DNA from: a virus
Direction: 5' to 3' (one strand)
IMG/VR virus record: IMGVR_UViG_3300044811_000031
Location: 23,792-87,791 of that record
Length of the DNA stretch: 64,000 nucleotides
Shown in pieces: positions 45,070 to 54,424 of the stretch. Each line of letters begins with the position of its first letter. The first letter of the stretch is position 1. Both the position numbers and the translations under genes were made by a program. Below the pieces are notes generated by a model. It had not been told where the DNA came from. It made no database searches and was given only the letters and a program-made list of their open reading frames with translations.

Positions 45070-45281
45070 TGGATGCCCTCCATGTCCGTGACGTCCACCG
45101 TCTTGAGGGACATCAGCTCCAGCTCGTCCCGGGGAATCTTGAACGTCTTGCTCGTCCCCTTGACCACCAGCCGGGCGATCGGCTCGTCCGTCATCGGCAG
45201 GGGACTCCTGGCCGTCCCGGACATCTCGATCAGCCGGTCCCCGGCTCTCATACTCGCCAGGTACACGAAGCACGTCATCAC
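45054..45281 (-). CDS. Hypothetical protein
   Basis: GAGGAG RBS. Confidence 0.5.
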   Translation of the reverse strand: MMTCFVYLASMRAGDRLIEMSGTARSPLPMTDEPIARLVVKGTSKTFKIPRDELELMSLKTVDVTDMEGIQWADR

Positions 45282-45368
45282 TGTCTCCTCTGTCCGGCCG
45301 GTAGCGTCCGCTACCGGCCCACCGGGCGATGCGCCCGGCCTCGGCCAGCAGGTCGATCCTCTTCTCTA

Positions 45369-46010
45369 TCATGACCTTCCTCGTCCGGCGGTGGACGTCC
45401 GGGGGTGGGCGTGCCACTTCCAGGTCTTGCGGTCGACGTGTTCGAAGACCGCTCCGGCGTCGAGCATGCGGATCAGGTACGCCTCGTCCTCGCCACGGTA
45501 GCGGCCGTCCGGCAGGGTGAAGCCCTCGGGGAAGCCGTCCACCCGGCGGACCATCTCCGTGCGGACCAGATGGGTCATGGGGATGAAGCTCCCGGCCCGG
45601 CGGAGATGGGCCTCCTGCTCCTTTCCGAAGCGGATCCCCCAGGGCAGCATCAGGTGGCCCTGGACGGTGACGGCCGTGGGGTCCGGTCCGCCGACCATCC
45701 GGGGGACCGGGTAGACCAGGTCCGGCGGCGGGTCGTACCGGCCACGTGGCGTCTCGAACGGCCGCATGCAGACCTTGAGGTGACCCTCAAGAAGCTCGTC
45801 GTCGTCATCGAGCCAGGCGATGACGTCGGTGGTGACGCGCTGCATCGCCCGGTTGCGGCTGGCGGCGGCTCCGGTGCGCTGGCTGTCCCGCTCGACCACG
45901 AGCTGATCGAACGGGCGGACCTGGCTCTTGGCCGACAGCACGGCTCGCTCCAGCTCCCTCTCCCGGCCGGGGATCGTCGGGATGACCACCGCCACCGTGA
46001 GCCTGGTCAT
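45369..46010 (-). CDS. Glycosyltransferase family 2
   Basis: VVIPT, GAAASRN, WLDDDD, GED. Confidence 0.85.
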   Translation of the reverse strand: MTRLTVAVVIPTIPGRERELERAVLSAKSQVRPFDQLVVERDSQRTGAAASRNRAMQRVTTDVIAWLDDDDELLEGHLKVCMRPFETPRGRYDPPPDLVYPVPRMVGGPDPTAVTVQGHLMLPWGIRFGKEQEAHLRRAGSFIPMTHLVRTEMVRRVDGFPEGFTLPDGRYRGEDEAYLIRMLDAGAVFEHVDRKTWKWHAHPRTSTAGRGRS

Positions 46011-46165
46011 CGCCACTCCCGGGGGGAGCCGAGGGCCCGGAAGACCATGTTCAGCCCGTCGCGTATGTCCCGGTTGAAGTCGGCAGCCGTGACCACCCGG
46101 CGGACCCGGGCTGCACGCTCGATCTGGTGCGTGGCCTTCTCCACGTTCGGGTATCGGATCTTCAT
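46007..46165 (-). CDS. Small hypothetical protein
   Basis: Coupled ATGA. Confidence 0.45.
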   Translation of the reverse strand: MKIRYPNVEKATHQIERAARVRRVVTAADFNRDIRDGLNMVFRALGSPREWR

Positions 46166-46435
46166 CAGAACCACTTCCCCCAGTGCTGGTAGCCACAGCG
46201 GCGGCAGACGGCCGACGCGAACTGGCCACCCTGGATGAACGGGTGCGGGATCAGGATCCAGAAGGTACGGATCAGTGCTCGGTAGATCATCGTCTCTCAC
46301 TCCCTGGCGGTGGTGGTGCTGGCAGGGTGAACGGATCCGGCTGCGCCCCGCAGTACTGGCACATCCACCGGTGGCCCTCCGAGAGGAAGTTGTGCCCCGT
46401 CCACACCCCGCACCACCATCGGCCTAGCCTCGACT

Positions 46436-47020
46436 TCACCAGCGGTCTCCTCGTCCATTCGTGTTGTCGCCCCAGTGCCAGTACCACGTGCGCCGGTTCA
46501 GGTGGGTGAACTTCGCTCCGGCCCGGAGCAGGGCGTCCCAGGCCCCCCAGTCATCGCAGGGATTCTCCGGCGGACCCTTCGGCTGGAAGCCGCCGACGTC
46601 CTGGAGCAGGGCCGTACGCACCAGCACGGTGACCGGGATGTAGTTTTGGGCCTCCAGAGCCTTCGCGCTGAACTCCTGACCCTCGAACTGCGGGAAGGGA
46701 TCCCAGCCCTCGGGGACGGTGAACCACGGGTAGACGAGGTCGGCCCCGGTGGTCCGCGCGCAGTCCAGCAGGGAGGCGATGTGGTCCGGCCGCCACTGGT
46801 CGTCGGAGTCAAGGAAGGCGGTCCACTGCGTGGTGACCCCGGCCAGCGCCCGGTTGCGGGTCTCGGCAGCACCGGCATGGGTGGTGTCCACGGCGATGCT
46901 GATGGCGTCGACCGGCCGGGTCTGCCAGGCGACCGACTCCATCGCCCGGTCGAAGATCGCGGTTCGCAGCCGGGGCAGGTGCACGGGGATGACGGCGGTC
47001 ACGCCGCCGGTCAGCCTCAT
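46436..47020 (-). CDS. Glycosyltransferase family 2
   Basis: AVIP, GAAETRN, FLDSDD, GGF, DDW. Confidence 0.85.
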   Translation of the reverse strand: MRLTGGVTAVIPVHLPRLRTAIFDRAMESVAWQTRPVDAISIAVDTTHAGAAETRNRALAGVTTQWTAFLDSDDQWRPDHIASLLDCARTTGADLVYPWFTVPEGWDPFPQFEGQEFSAKALEAQNYIPVTVLVRTALLQDVGGFQPKGPPENPCDDWGAWDALLRAGAKFTHLNRRTWYWHWGDNTNGRGDRW

Positions 47021-47493
47021 GCGGGGGTGGCCCTCCAGTTCCCCTCGAAGCCCTGGTTGAAGTGCCAGCTGATCTCTTGCCAGAGCTTGATTCCGTAGTC
47101 CGCGTTGGCCGCGAACACGGCCTGCCCCGGCTGGCCGGGCTCCGCCTGCATGAAGTAGTAGAAGCTCTCCCTGCACCAGTAGCTGACGTGCGTCGGGTCG
47201 GCGATGGCGTGCCAGGTCGGCAGCCCGTTCTCGGTGATGATCAGCGGCAGGATCACCTCGAAGACGCCGCCCGGCCGGAGCACCCTGTGTGCCTCGTTGA
47301 AGATGTCGATCCGGCCCTGCCCGGCGGGGATGTGCTCCAGCACGTGGCTTGCCCGGATGTGGTCCACGGTGTCGTCGCCGGTCGGCCAGGGGACCTGCTG
47401 AGCCTCCCGCTGCCAGTCACCGTGGCCGTTGCGGCTGTCCAGGTTGACCCACCCCGGCTGGACGAGGGTTCCCCCGCCGATCTCGATGTTCAT
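47017..47493 (-). CDS. SAM-dependent methyltransferase-like protein
   Basis: IEIGGG, ASHVLEH, EAHRVLRPGG, DPTH. Confidence 0.8.
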   Translation of the reverse strand: MNIEIGGGTLVQPGWVNLDSRNGHGDWQREAQQVPWPTGDDTVDHIRASHVLEHIPAGQGRIDIFNEAHRVLRPGGVFEVILPLIITENGLPTWHAIADPTHVSYWCRESFYYFMQAEPGQPGQAVFAANADYGIKLWQEISWHFNQGFEGNWRATPA

Positions 47494-48224
47494 CAGTGCC
47501 TCGCGCTTCCCTCGTACTTGAGCCACGGGTTGGAGATGTGATCACCGGGCAGGGCCGACGGCCGCAGCTGATACCGCCGCAGGACGTACGGCTGACTGAC
47601 CTGGTCCTGGAAGGTGTGCCGCTGGACCTCGGCCATCCACGCCGCACTGAAGTCGCTCAGGGCGTCCCGGTAGTAGTTGCAGTTGCGAATGATGACGCCG
47701 GTGGCCCACAGCCCCCAGTGCTCGGGCATACCGGCCTCGCGGTACTCGGCCGCCTGGCGGGCCAGATCCTGTCCGGCGTACTTGGGCAGCGTGGCGCTGA
47801 AGGCGGCCTCGTCAAAGAGGCAGTCCCGCCACGGGTGGGCGAACTGCGCCAGGGGCTCCGCGTACTCCCCGGCCTCCGCCAGGAAGCGCGGGGAGGTGAT
47901 GCGGTAGCTGCCGTCGATCCAGGCGGTGAGCAGCGCCCGAGTGTGGGCCCGGGGGTGGAACTTCGGGTACTTGGCGGCCACGTTGCGGTGCAGACCTGGC
48001 TGGGGGTTCTCCACGACCCTCCAGCCTGCCAGGGCCCCGGGCTCGGCCTCGGTCAGCAGAGCCGGGTTGTCGGTGACCAGCACCCAGTCGACCTTCATCT
48101 CGACGTCGTACCCGAAGATCCTCATGACCTGCGGGCAGATGGGCTTCACGGTGTCGTAGCCATCGAAGATCCCGGTGATCACCGCTGCGTCGAACCTGGC
48201 CGGGTCGCCCTTCACCGGTACCAC
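47493..48224 (-). CDS. Glycosyltransferase-like protein (DUF616/TOD1-MUCI70-like)
   Basis: TGIFDGYD, K..P, WIDGS, HP.RDCL.DEA, DQVS.PY. Confidence 0.7.
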   Translation of the reverse strand: MVPVKGDPARFDAAVITGIFDGYDTVKPICPQVMRIFGYDVEMKVDWVLVTDNPALLTEAEPGALAGWRVVENPQPGLHRNVAAKYPKFHPRAHTRALLTAWIDGSYRITSPRFLAEAGEYAEPLAQFAHPWRDCLFDEAAFSATLPKYAGQDLARQAAEYREAGMPEHWGLWATGVIIRNCNYYRDALSDFSAAWMAEVQRHTFQDQVSQPYVLRRYQLRPSALPGDHISNPWLKYEGSARH

Positions 48225-49048
48225 TCCACAGCGGCCTCGACGCGGTCCCAGTCCAGCTCGGGCTTCCAGTCCAGAAGGTCCCAGCCCTCGCCGGTGGCGG
48301 CGCTCAGCGCGCTCGCCGTCTCGCCCCGGCGCATCGGCAGGTACTCGACACCGGCCTTGCTACCGGTCCATCCCAGGACCCGACGGGCCAGCTCGTTCAC
48401 CGTGACGGGCTGGCCGGTACCGGCGTCGAAGGTCTCGTCGTCCCCTCCCTGAGCGGCAGCCTCGACAAGCATCCGGCCGACGTCATCCGCGTGGACCAGA
48501 TCCACAATCTGCTCGCCGCCTCCCCAGATGGGGATCGGCTGGCCCTCCCAGGCACACCGGGCGAACGTCGGGAGGATCTTCTGCGGGTGGCCGTGACCGT
48601 GGGCCTGGTGAGGGCCGTAGGCGTTGAAGGCCCGGACGTGGCTGACCGGCAGGCCCTTGGACAGGTGCCAGGCCGTGGCCAGCCGGGTGGCGCAGATCTT
48701 GGTCGCGGTGTAGACGGACGGGAACACCGGCGGCATGGTGATGCCGACGTAGCGGACGCCGTGGTTGTGGCACCACTCCAGCACGCGGAGCGTACCGATC
48801 ACGTTGGCGTGCACGGCCTCCTCCGCCGTGTCGAACAGTTCGTCCGTGCCGAGCATCCCGGCCAGGTGGATCACGACGTCCGGGTGGGTCGGGGGCCACA
48901 TGCCGTGCAGGATCAGCTCGTCCAGGTCTCCGAGGACGTCCTGTCCGGCCGCCCGGTCGAAGGACCACGCCGTGTGTCCGGCGCGTACGGCGGCGGCGAT
49001 CGTCGCCCTGCCGATGAAGCCGTTCCCTCCGGTGACTGCGATGCGCAT
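48212..49048 (-). CDS. NAD-dependent epimerase/dehydratase
   Basis: VTGGNGFIG, HLA, YTATK, R.FNAYGP. Confidence 0.9.
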   Translation of the reverse strand: MRIAVTGGNGFIGRATIAAAVRAGHTAWSFDRAAGQDVLGDLDELILHGMWPPTHPDVVIHLAGMLGTDELFDTAEEAVHANVIGTLRVLEWCHNHGVRYVGITMPPVFPSVYTATKICATRLATAWHLSKGLPVSHVRAFNAYGPHQAHGHGHPQKILPTFARCAWEGQPIPIWGGGEQIVDLVHADDVGRMLVEAAAQGGDDETFDAGTGQPVTVNELARRVLGWTGSKAGVEYLPMRRGETASALSAATGEGWDLLDWKPELDWDRVEAAVEWYR

Positions 49049-49707
49049 CAGTGGGGGTATCCGTTCCACTTGGCCAGGAAGAGCTGGCGGTCGACGTGCG
49101 TGCGGGCGGTCAGCTCGGCGGAGGCCGATGTCGTCTCGCCGGGGGAGAGGTGGACCACGGCGCAGCCGGGAACGCACAGTGCCCCGCCCGACAGCCGGGC
49201 GGTGAAGTCGAGGTCGTTGTCCCCGTACCACCACTCGAACTGCTCGTCGGTCTTCAGGCCGGACTCCCCCCGCAGCATGAAGCACCAGCCGGTGATGCGG
49301 GTGGAGACGTCGGCGTTGGGCTGGGTGAGCAGCACCCGCCGGTCATCGAAGGCGTTCGGGTAGGCGAGCACGGCGGTGGTGGCCCGCATCTCGCGGTCCA
49401 GGGTCTCGGTCAGATGAGGGCAGGCGATGATGTCGTCGTTGGTGACCAGGACGTTCCACTGCTCCTGTCCGGCCGCCTTGGCGTAGGCGGCGGCAGCGGC
49501 GATGCCCAGGTTCCACCAGCGCTGGATGTTCTTGGGAGGGTCGGCATCGTCAATCGCGACGATCTTGCCTCCCCCGATGTCGGGGACGGTGAACTCCTCG
49601 CTGGTGCGGACCAGGAACAGCAGATCGACCTGATCGACCAGGCTCTCCAGGCATCCGTCCAGGCACTCCCGGCCGAAGCTCGGGACCACGGCGTAGGTGA
49701 GCGTCAC
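49048..49707 (-). CDS. Glycosyltransferase family 2
   Basis: WNLG, VTNDD, GWCF, WWYGDND. Confidence 0.75.
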   Translation of the reverse strand: MTLTYAVVPSFGRECLDGCLESLVDQVDLLFLVRTSEEFTVPDIGGGKIVAIDDADPPKNIQRWWNLGIAAAAAYAKAAGQEQWNVLVTNDDIIACPHLTETLDREMRATTAVLAYPNAFDDRRVLLTQPNADVSTRITGWCFMLRGESGLKTDEQFEWWYGDNDLDFTARLSGGALCVPGCAVVHLSPGETTSASAELTARTHVDRQLFLAKWNGYPH

Positions 49708-49955
49708 CGGCCACCGACCTGGGGCCGGAACACGGCGTTCATCTGCTCCTCCAGAGCGTCCAGCCGCCGGGCGATGGACAGCGCCCAGTCGGAGCTGATG
49801 ATGGCTGTCAGCTCCCGGCCACTGCGCAGGCACAGCTCTGCGATGTCCATGGCCGCCTCCCGGTCGTAGACGTTCCCGGAGATGATCCAGCGGTCCCCGT
49901 AGCTCTTGGCGGAGCGGTCCAGCATGGCCTGGCAGTCCTCGCGGCTCAGGGACAT
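49704..49955 (-). CDS. Hypothetical protein
   Basis: Overlaps both neighbours. Confidence 0.5.
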   Translation of the reverse strand: MSLSREDCQAMLDRSAKSYGDRWIISGNVYDREAAMDIAELCLRSGRELTAIISSDWALSIARRLDALEEQMNAVFRPQVGGR

Positions 49956-50194
49956 GGGCTGTCGCTCTCCGCGCTCCACACGGAGCTGCTGTCCTCCTTG
50001 AGGCACCGGCGCACCCGGCCGGAGCGGCGCAGCCGGTCCAGAGTCAGGTACGTCAGGCTCGCGGTGAGGCCCGTCTTCTCGGCGACCTCGTTGCGGGTGA
50101 GAGGGCCCTCCGCTGCGAGCAGGTCGTAGACCCGTTCGTCTCTGTCGATGTTCTCCTGCGGCCGGGGGCGTCCCCGGCGCGGGGTGTCGCTCAT
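49946..50194 (-). CDS. Winged-HTH DNA-binding protein with AT-hook-like RGRPR
   Basis: GPLTRNEVAEKTGLT....Y..L.RL...G.V. Confidence 0.75.
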   Translation of the reverse strand: MSDTPRRGRPRPQENIDRDERVYDLLAAEGPLTRNEVAEKTGLTASLTYLTLDRLRRSGRVRRCLKEDSSSVWSAESDSPCP

Positions 50195-50526
50195 TACTTG
50201 GTCCCTTCGGGCATGCGCGGCTCACGGTGAAGCTCGGCACACGCCAGGCCGTGAATCCCGGCGAGGTGCTTCTCCAGGTCCCCGATCTTGATCACTACCG
50301 CGTGGCACGGGGGGTCGGCCACGGCCGCTGCGAGATCCTCGTCCCAGGAGTACCCGCACCGCAGGCACTCGCGGTGCAGCCGTTCGTTCGTGTCGTAGCC
50401 GACCACCTCGTTGAGACGGCCGTGCGTGCATTCGCCCCACCGCATGTACTCGGTGGTCGCCCCGATCTTCAGGCACTTGGGGCAGAGGGGGTCGTCTCCG
50501 CTGAAGGGCTGGTGCGCGGCTTGCAT
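50194..50526 (-). CDS. Zn-ribbon hypothetical protein
   Basis: CPKC, CLRCGYSW. Confidence 0.55.
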   Translation of the reverse strand: MQAAHQPFSGDDPLCPKCLKIGATTEYMRWGECTHGRLNEVVGYDTNERLHRECLRCGYSWDEDLAAAVADPPCHAVVIKIGDLEKHLAGIHGLACAELHREPRMPEGTK

Positions 50527-50554
50527 GACTTTCCTTTCACCGATTCGCTCAATA

Positions 50555-51109
50555 CTAGAGCGCGCCCAGGGCCAGCTGCTGCTTGAGGTACTCGCGGTGG
50601 AGGTCACCGGGGGTGACGTCACCGTTCCAGCGGCCGTCATCGAAGATGTGCCAGCCCCCGAGTTCGGCCGCACGGTCGGCCAGCTGCGAGCAGATGAGGT
50701 GGCCGCCGTTCTTGATGAAGCCCTGGAGATGCGGCGCCGGGATGTGGAACCGGTGCAGCGCGAGCAGCCCGTAGTCGAGGAAGCTGTACGGCGTGCCGAC
50801 CAGGGAGTGCGCGGCCTCCGCCACGGCTGCCCGGTACTGCTCGGGGCAGCGGAGGTAGACCACGTCGGTGTGCCAGTCGGGGACCTCCTGCGCCCCACCG
50901 GGCATGGCCTCCACGATCAGGCCGTAGCCGGTGACGACGTCGACATGCGCGTATTTCTTGAAGCCGTCTCCGTTGGCCCACTGGAGAGCGCGGATGATCC
51001 GCCCTCCGAAGCCGCTGATCGTCGTGATGCCGATGTCGCCGGGCTGCGGCTGGTAGGCGGCGGCGCGGGCTCCGGCGGTCTCCCACCGGGTGTGCTGGCT
51101 GTCGGGCAT
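50555..51109 (-). CDS. Permuted papain-like NlpC/P60 (YiiX/YebB-like) amidase
   Basis: QPGDI, H, IVEA, G.PY, ICSQL, VTPGDL. Confidence 0.75.
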   Translation of the reverse strand: MPDSQHTRWETAGARAAAYQPQPGDIGITTISGFGGRIIRALQWANGDGFKKYAHVDVVTGYGLIVEAMPGGAQEVPDWHTDVVYLRCPEQYRAAVAEAAHSLVGTPYSFLDYGLLALHRFHIPAPHLQGFIKNGGHLICSQLADRAAELGGWHIFDDGRWNGDVTPGDLHREYLKQQLALGAL

Positions 51110-51206
51110 GTACGCTCCATGGTTGGTGTGGTCATGAGACGGGCCCGCAGGCGAGGGGTGGGGAGACACCTCGCTTGCGGGCCCTGCCGGGTAATTACCT
51201 CCACCC

Positions 51207-51220
51207 GATTTTATTAAACC
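51207..51220. promoter_or_regulatory. Palindromic operator-like site, copy 4
   Basis: GATTTTATTAAACC, intergenic. Confidence 0.55.
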
Positions 51221-51227
51221 ACCCTCG

Positions 51228-52166
51228 TCAAGGGGTGTAGCGGTAGCACGTGAGCCAGGTCGTGTCGATCTGGACCGACGAGCCCTTGGCCGCGTAGCTC
51301 CCGGCGAGGGCGGACTCGTTCTGGAGGATCCAGTCGGCCGCGTCGGGGAAGTCGGCATTCACCGTCTTGACGAGCTTGCCGTCCAGGTAGAAGCGGATGT
51401 GGCCCGGGACGATCTCGGTCGAGTAGGTGTGCCAGCTCGTCCACGCGCTGTTGGGGGCTACGTCCGCCTTGGACTCGTTGAACTCGTGGGTGAACATGCT
51501 CACGGGGTCATGGTCGAAGTTGCCTCCGGCCTCGGGGTAGTCGACCTCGTTCGGGGTGTAGCGCAGGTGGGCCATCTTGAAGCCGGGCGTGCGGGTGCGG
51601 ACGACGAGACGCTCGGTGAACTTGCCGTAGCGCAGGCCCATGCACTTGACCGGCACCAGGGCGGCCACGTGATTGGACCCACCGGCGGCAGGACGATACA
51701 TCTTGACGTGGAGCTGGCCGTCGGTACCGGAGGGACTGATCCAGGTGGTGTCGTCGGGCCGGTAGTGGCCTCCGAGGGTACGGCCGCCGTTGCCGTCGTT
51801 GCCGGAGGTCGCGGTGTCGTCCCATCCGGACGGGTAGGCGCCGATGCTGCGGTAGATGCTCCCGGTGCCGGTGCCGTACTGCTTGAGCCCGGAGCACTTG
51901 AAGTCACCCTCCCCAGCGCATCCGCTGAAGCTCCCCTTGGCTGCGTGCTGCCCGTTGAAGGTGTCCCGGAGGAGGAGCTTGAAGGCGCCGCAGTTGCCGA
52001 CCGGGGCAGCGTTGCTGGTGACGTGGCACGCGTCCTGGCTTGGGGTGACGGCTGCTCCGGCCCGAGGTGCAGGCCCCAGAAAGAGGGAGGCGAGGCCCAT
52101 GAGCATCACCCCAGCCAGGATCATCCAGGGACGAACGAAGTTCCGCCGGGCGTGGGCTCCGGACAT
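51228..52166 (-). CDS. Secreted GH16/concanavalin-like glycoside hydrolase
   Basis: Signal peptide (RRNF, hydrophobic, AGA); YGKF, EVDYPE, WHTY, FYLDG. Confidence 0.7.
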   Translation of the reverse strand: MSGAHARRNFVRPWMILAGVMLMGLASLFLGPAPRAGAAVTPSQDACHVTSNAAPVGNCGAFKLLLRDTFNGQHAAKGSFSGCAGEGDFKCSGLKQYGTGTGSIYRSIGAYPSGWDDTATSGNDGNGGRTLGGHYRPDDTTWISPSGTDGQLHVKMYRPAAGGSNHVAALVPVKCMGLRYGKFTERLVVRTRTPGFKMAHLRYTPNEVDYPEAGGNFDHDPVSMFTHEFNESKADVAPNSAWTSWHTYSTEIVPGHIRFYLDGKLVKTVNADFPDAADWILQNESALAGSYAAKGSSVQIDTTWLTCYRYTP

Positions 52167-52199
52167 GACGGGTCTCCTTTGGTCGCTCCGGACAGCGTA

Positions 52200-52230
52200 G
52201 AGCCCGGCTCCCCCGTGGAGAGCCGGGCTC
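52200..52230. terminator. Intergenic hairpin
   Basis: GAGCCCGGCTC/GAGCCGGGCTC. Confidence 0.5.
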
Positions 52231-52243
52231 GGGTACGGTCCGG

Positions 52244-52396
52244 TCAGCTCGTCCAGATGGTGGCCAGGTAGGCGACCAGTGCGGACAGGATCAGCCAGGC
52301 GGCCACGGTCTCGAACGTGTGGCTCCAGCCCCGGTCGACCGGTCGGGGCTCCTTGGTCTCGGCCGTCTTCAGGTTGGTGACCTTGTCGATGTCCAT
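52244..52396 (-). CDS. Small membrane protein
   Basis: GAGGAG RBS; C-terminal TM. Confidence 0.55.
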   Translation of the reverse strand: MDIDKVTNLKTAETKEPRPVDRGWSHTFETVAAWLILSALVAYLATIWTS

Positions 52397-52403
52397 GCTC
52401 TCC

Positions 52404-52592
52404 TCATCTCGTCAGTTGGTTGATCTGGTTGCGGGTGATCACCTGCGTACTGCGGGTCGCCAGGCCGTACAGCTTGTGGTGGTGCTCCGCCCAGTTGAGG
52501 CCTGGCCCGGGGGTGCACTCCACGCACTGGCACGGGCCGGAGTCGTAGACGATCGGCTTGGCGCCCGGCTTGTGATCGGCGTACTGCCTCAT
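52404..52592 (-). CDS. Small hypothetical protein
   Basis: CQCVEC; coupled. Confidence 0.5.
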   Translation of the reverse strand: MRQYADHKPGAKPIVYDSGPCQCVECTPGPGLNWAEHHHKLYGLATRSTQVITRNQINQLTR

Positions 52593-52708
52593 GACCAGCC
52601 CCACAGGTAGAGGACGATGAAGATCACGACCACCACGGCCCAGAAGCTCAGCTGGCTGAACACGGTGTCGTAGAAGCCAGGTCGGCGGGGATACAGGCGG
52701 CGGCTCAT
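52589..52708 (-). CDS. Small membrane protein
   Basis: Coupled on both sides; one TM. Confidence 0.5.
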   Translation of the reverse strand: MSRRLYPRRPGFYDTVFSQLSFWAVVVVIFIVLYLWGWS

Positions 52709-53199
52709 CAGCTCCTCCACCGGGGGGCTCGGGTCGGGTCCTGCTGGACCCACTGCCGTTCGAGAGCTTCCTTGATCTCGACGTCGTGCACGGCGGCCAT
52801 CTTGAACAGCGCCATCGCCGGGGCGGTGAGGAAGCGGGTGTCACCACTCGGGGTCGACATGGTGAAGATCGCCTCGTACGCGTCCTCCGCGAAGCGGTAC
52901 CGGGGACGGTCCGTCTCGCCGGGCATGTTGGAGCAGCCCAGGGTGTAGAGCACGTACCGGCGCGGGAGCGCCGTCTCCCGGAACAGGCGTGGCTCGTACC
53001 ACCGGCAGGCCGGGCACCGGCGGCCCTCGGGGGTGAACTCCCCGGCATGGTTGTGCTTGTCCTGGCGGGCGGATGCCACCCCGAGGAAGGTCCCGTGCAC
53101 GGGCAGGCTCCCGTGCTCCAGGGGCAGGTCGAGATCGAACTCCTCGCCCACTTCGTCGGGCTGCGGGTACAGCTCGGTCCTGCGCGGATCTGTGATCAT
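52708..53199 (-). CDS. Hypothetical protein
   Basis: CPACRW.E..LFR; GAGGAG RBS. Confidence 0.7.
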   Translation of the reverse strand: MITDPRRTELYPQPDEVGEEFDLDLPLEHGSLPVHGTFLGVASARQDKHNHAGEFTPEGRRCPACRWYEPRLFRETALPRRYVLYTLGCSNMPGETDRPRYRFAEDAYEAIFTMSTPSGDTRFLTAPAMALFKMAAVHDVEIKEALERQWVQQDPTRAPRWRS

Positions 53200-53242
53200 C
53201 TGCTCTCCTCAGTCATGCTCTCCTGGTCAGCGTACCCGGTAG

Positions 53243-53455
53243 GTTATACGGCCACCCCCACCCGTCTTGTTACCCACTCGTACTGATCATGTCCTGACCA
53301 GCCACTATCCCGGAGAGCGGAGCCTGGCCCGGTCGTAGAGCCCCTGCTCCGGTAGGCCGGGAGAGAGGAACCTCGGCACTTTCCTACCCTACGTAGTGGT
53401 AACTTGCAGGATAATTACCGACGGTTATCGTATAGCCAACCGGTCTGTCGTATAG
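53243..53455 (+). repeat. Dispersed non-coding element, copy C
   Basis: 213-bp gapless alignment with 13351-13563. Confidence 0.9.
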
Positions 53456-53456
53456 A

Positions 53457-53612
53457 TCACTTGGCTCCGGCCAGCCCCAGAACGGTGCCCATAACGATCA
53501 GCGCCATGAGGGTCAGCCACACAATGATCACGATGAACTTCCACGAGGACAGCCGCTCGACACGGGCGGGGAGGGACACCCGGTGGGTGCCCCTCCCGTG
53601 CTGTCCGGTCAC
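53457..53612 (-). CDS. Small membrane protein
   Basis: GTGA-coupled; one TM. Confidence 0.5.
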   Translation of the reverse strand: MTGQHGRGTHRVSLPARVERLSSWKFIVIIVWLTLMALIVMGTVLGLAGAK

Positions 53613-54424
53613 ACCTGGTTCTCGGGCTTGCGGCCCCGGTTGTAGATGCCCTTGACGTGCGTGTAGGCGGCGGCCCCCAGGGTGGTGCCGTAGTGCCGCT
53701 TCGCGGTGGCCACCTCCCCGATGAACTGCGCCGGGGTCGTGTGCCGCAGCTTGACCACGAGACCCTGCACCTGCTTGGGCTCGATCTCCGGGTGCTTGGC
53801 GAACAGGCCTCCGATGCCACCGATGGTCTCGGTGCTCACCGCGTCGGTCGAGCCGTTCCAGGAGTTGGAGATGACCTCCAGCGTCCGGCGCAGGGCGACC
53901 CCGTCGTCGGCCCGGTAGATCCGCTCCACCGTGCCGATGCAGTTGTACCGGCGGTGCTTGGCGTCGGCCTTGCCGAAGCCCTGCGCCACCCATCCGAAGT
54001 GGGCCGTAATGTCGGCGATGTTCACCGCCCACTCCTCCTTAGCGGTGACTGCCAGGCGGAAGCGGTCCCGGACGTGAACGGCCTTGCGATCGTTGTGCTC
54101 CAGGAAGATCGCGGCCTCCTCCGGAAGGGTGAGGCCCTCGTACACCTGGCAGGTCAGCGGCGCCACGGTGGCCTCACCGCAGACGAGCTTGAACGCCTCG
54201 TACCGGGTCTGTCCGTCGAGCACGACGAACTCCTCGGCCACATCGACGTCGCCGGGGGAGCCCATGAACAGGGCCTTCCGGTGGCTCACGGCGAGGATGC
54301 CGACCATGTCGTCGTTCCAGCGGTCAGCGATCTTCCGGACGCGTACCGGGTCGAGCAGCCGCTGCACCCGGGGGTCGATGGACAGTTGATCGGCGGGGAT
54401 CTCTTCGATCTTCTTCTCGGTCAT
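53609..54424 (-). CDS. ParB/Srx N-terminal domain protein (DUF6551-like)
   Basis: L.ID..VQR, VLDGQTR, EEA.IF...N. Confidence 0.75.
   Translation of the reverse strand: MTEKKIEEIPADQLSIDPRVQRLLDPVRVRKIADRWNDDMVGILAVSHRKALFMGSPGDVDVAEEFVVLDGQTRYEAFKLVCGEATVAPLTCQVYEGLTLPEEAAIFLEHNDRKAVHVRDRFRLAVTAKEEWAVNIADITAHFGWVAQGFGKADAKHRRYNCIGTVERIYRADDGVALRRTLEVISNSWNGSTDAVSTETIGGIGGLFAKHPEIEPKQVQGLVVKLRHTTPAQFIGEVATAKRHYGTTLGAAAYTHVKGIYNRGRKPENQV

Larger units (their letters stand above)
43970..45090. repeat. Dense GGACA/TGTCC motif field
   Basis: About 24 copies in 43970-44350 and about 20 more in 44680-45090, by manual count. Confidence 0.75.
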
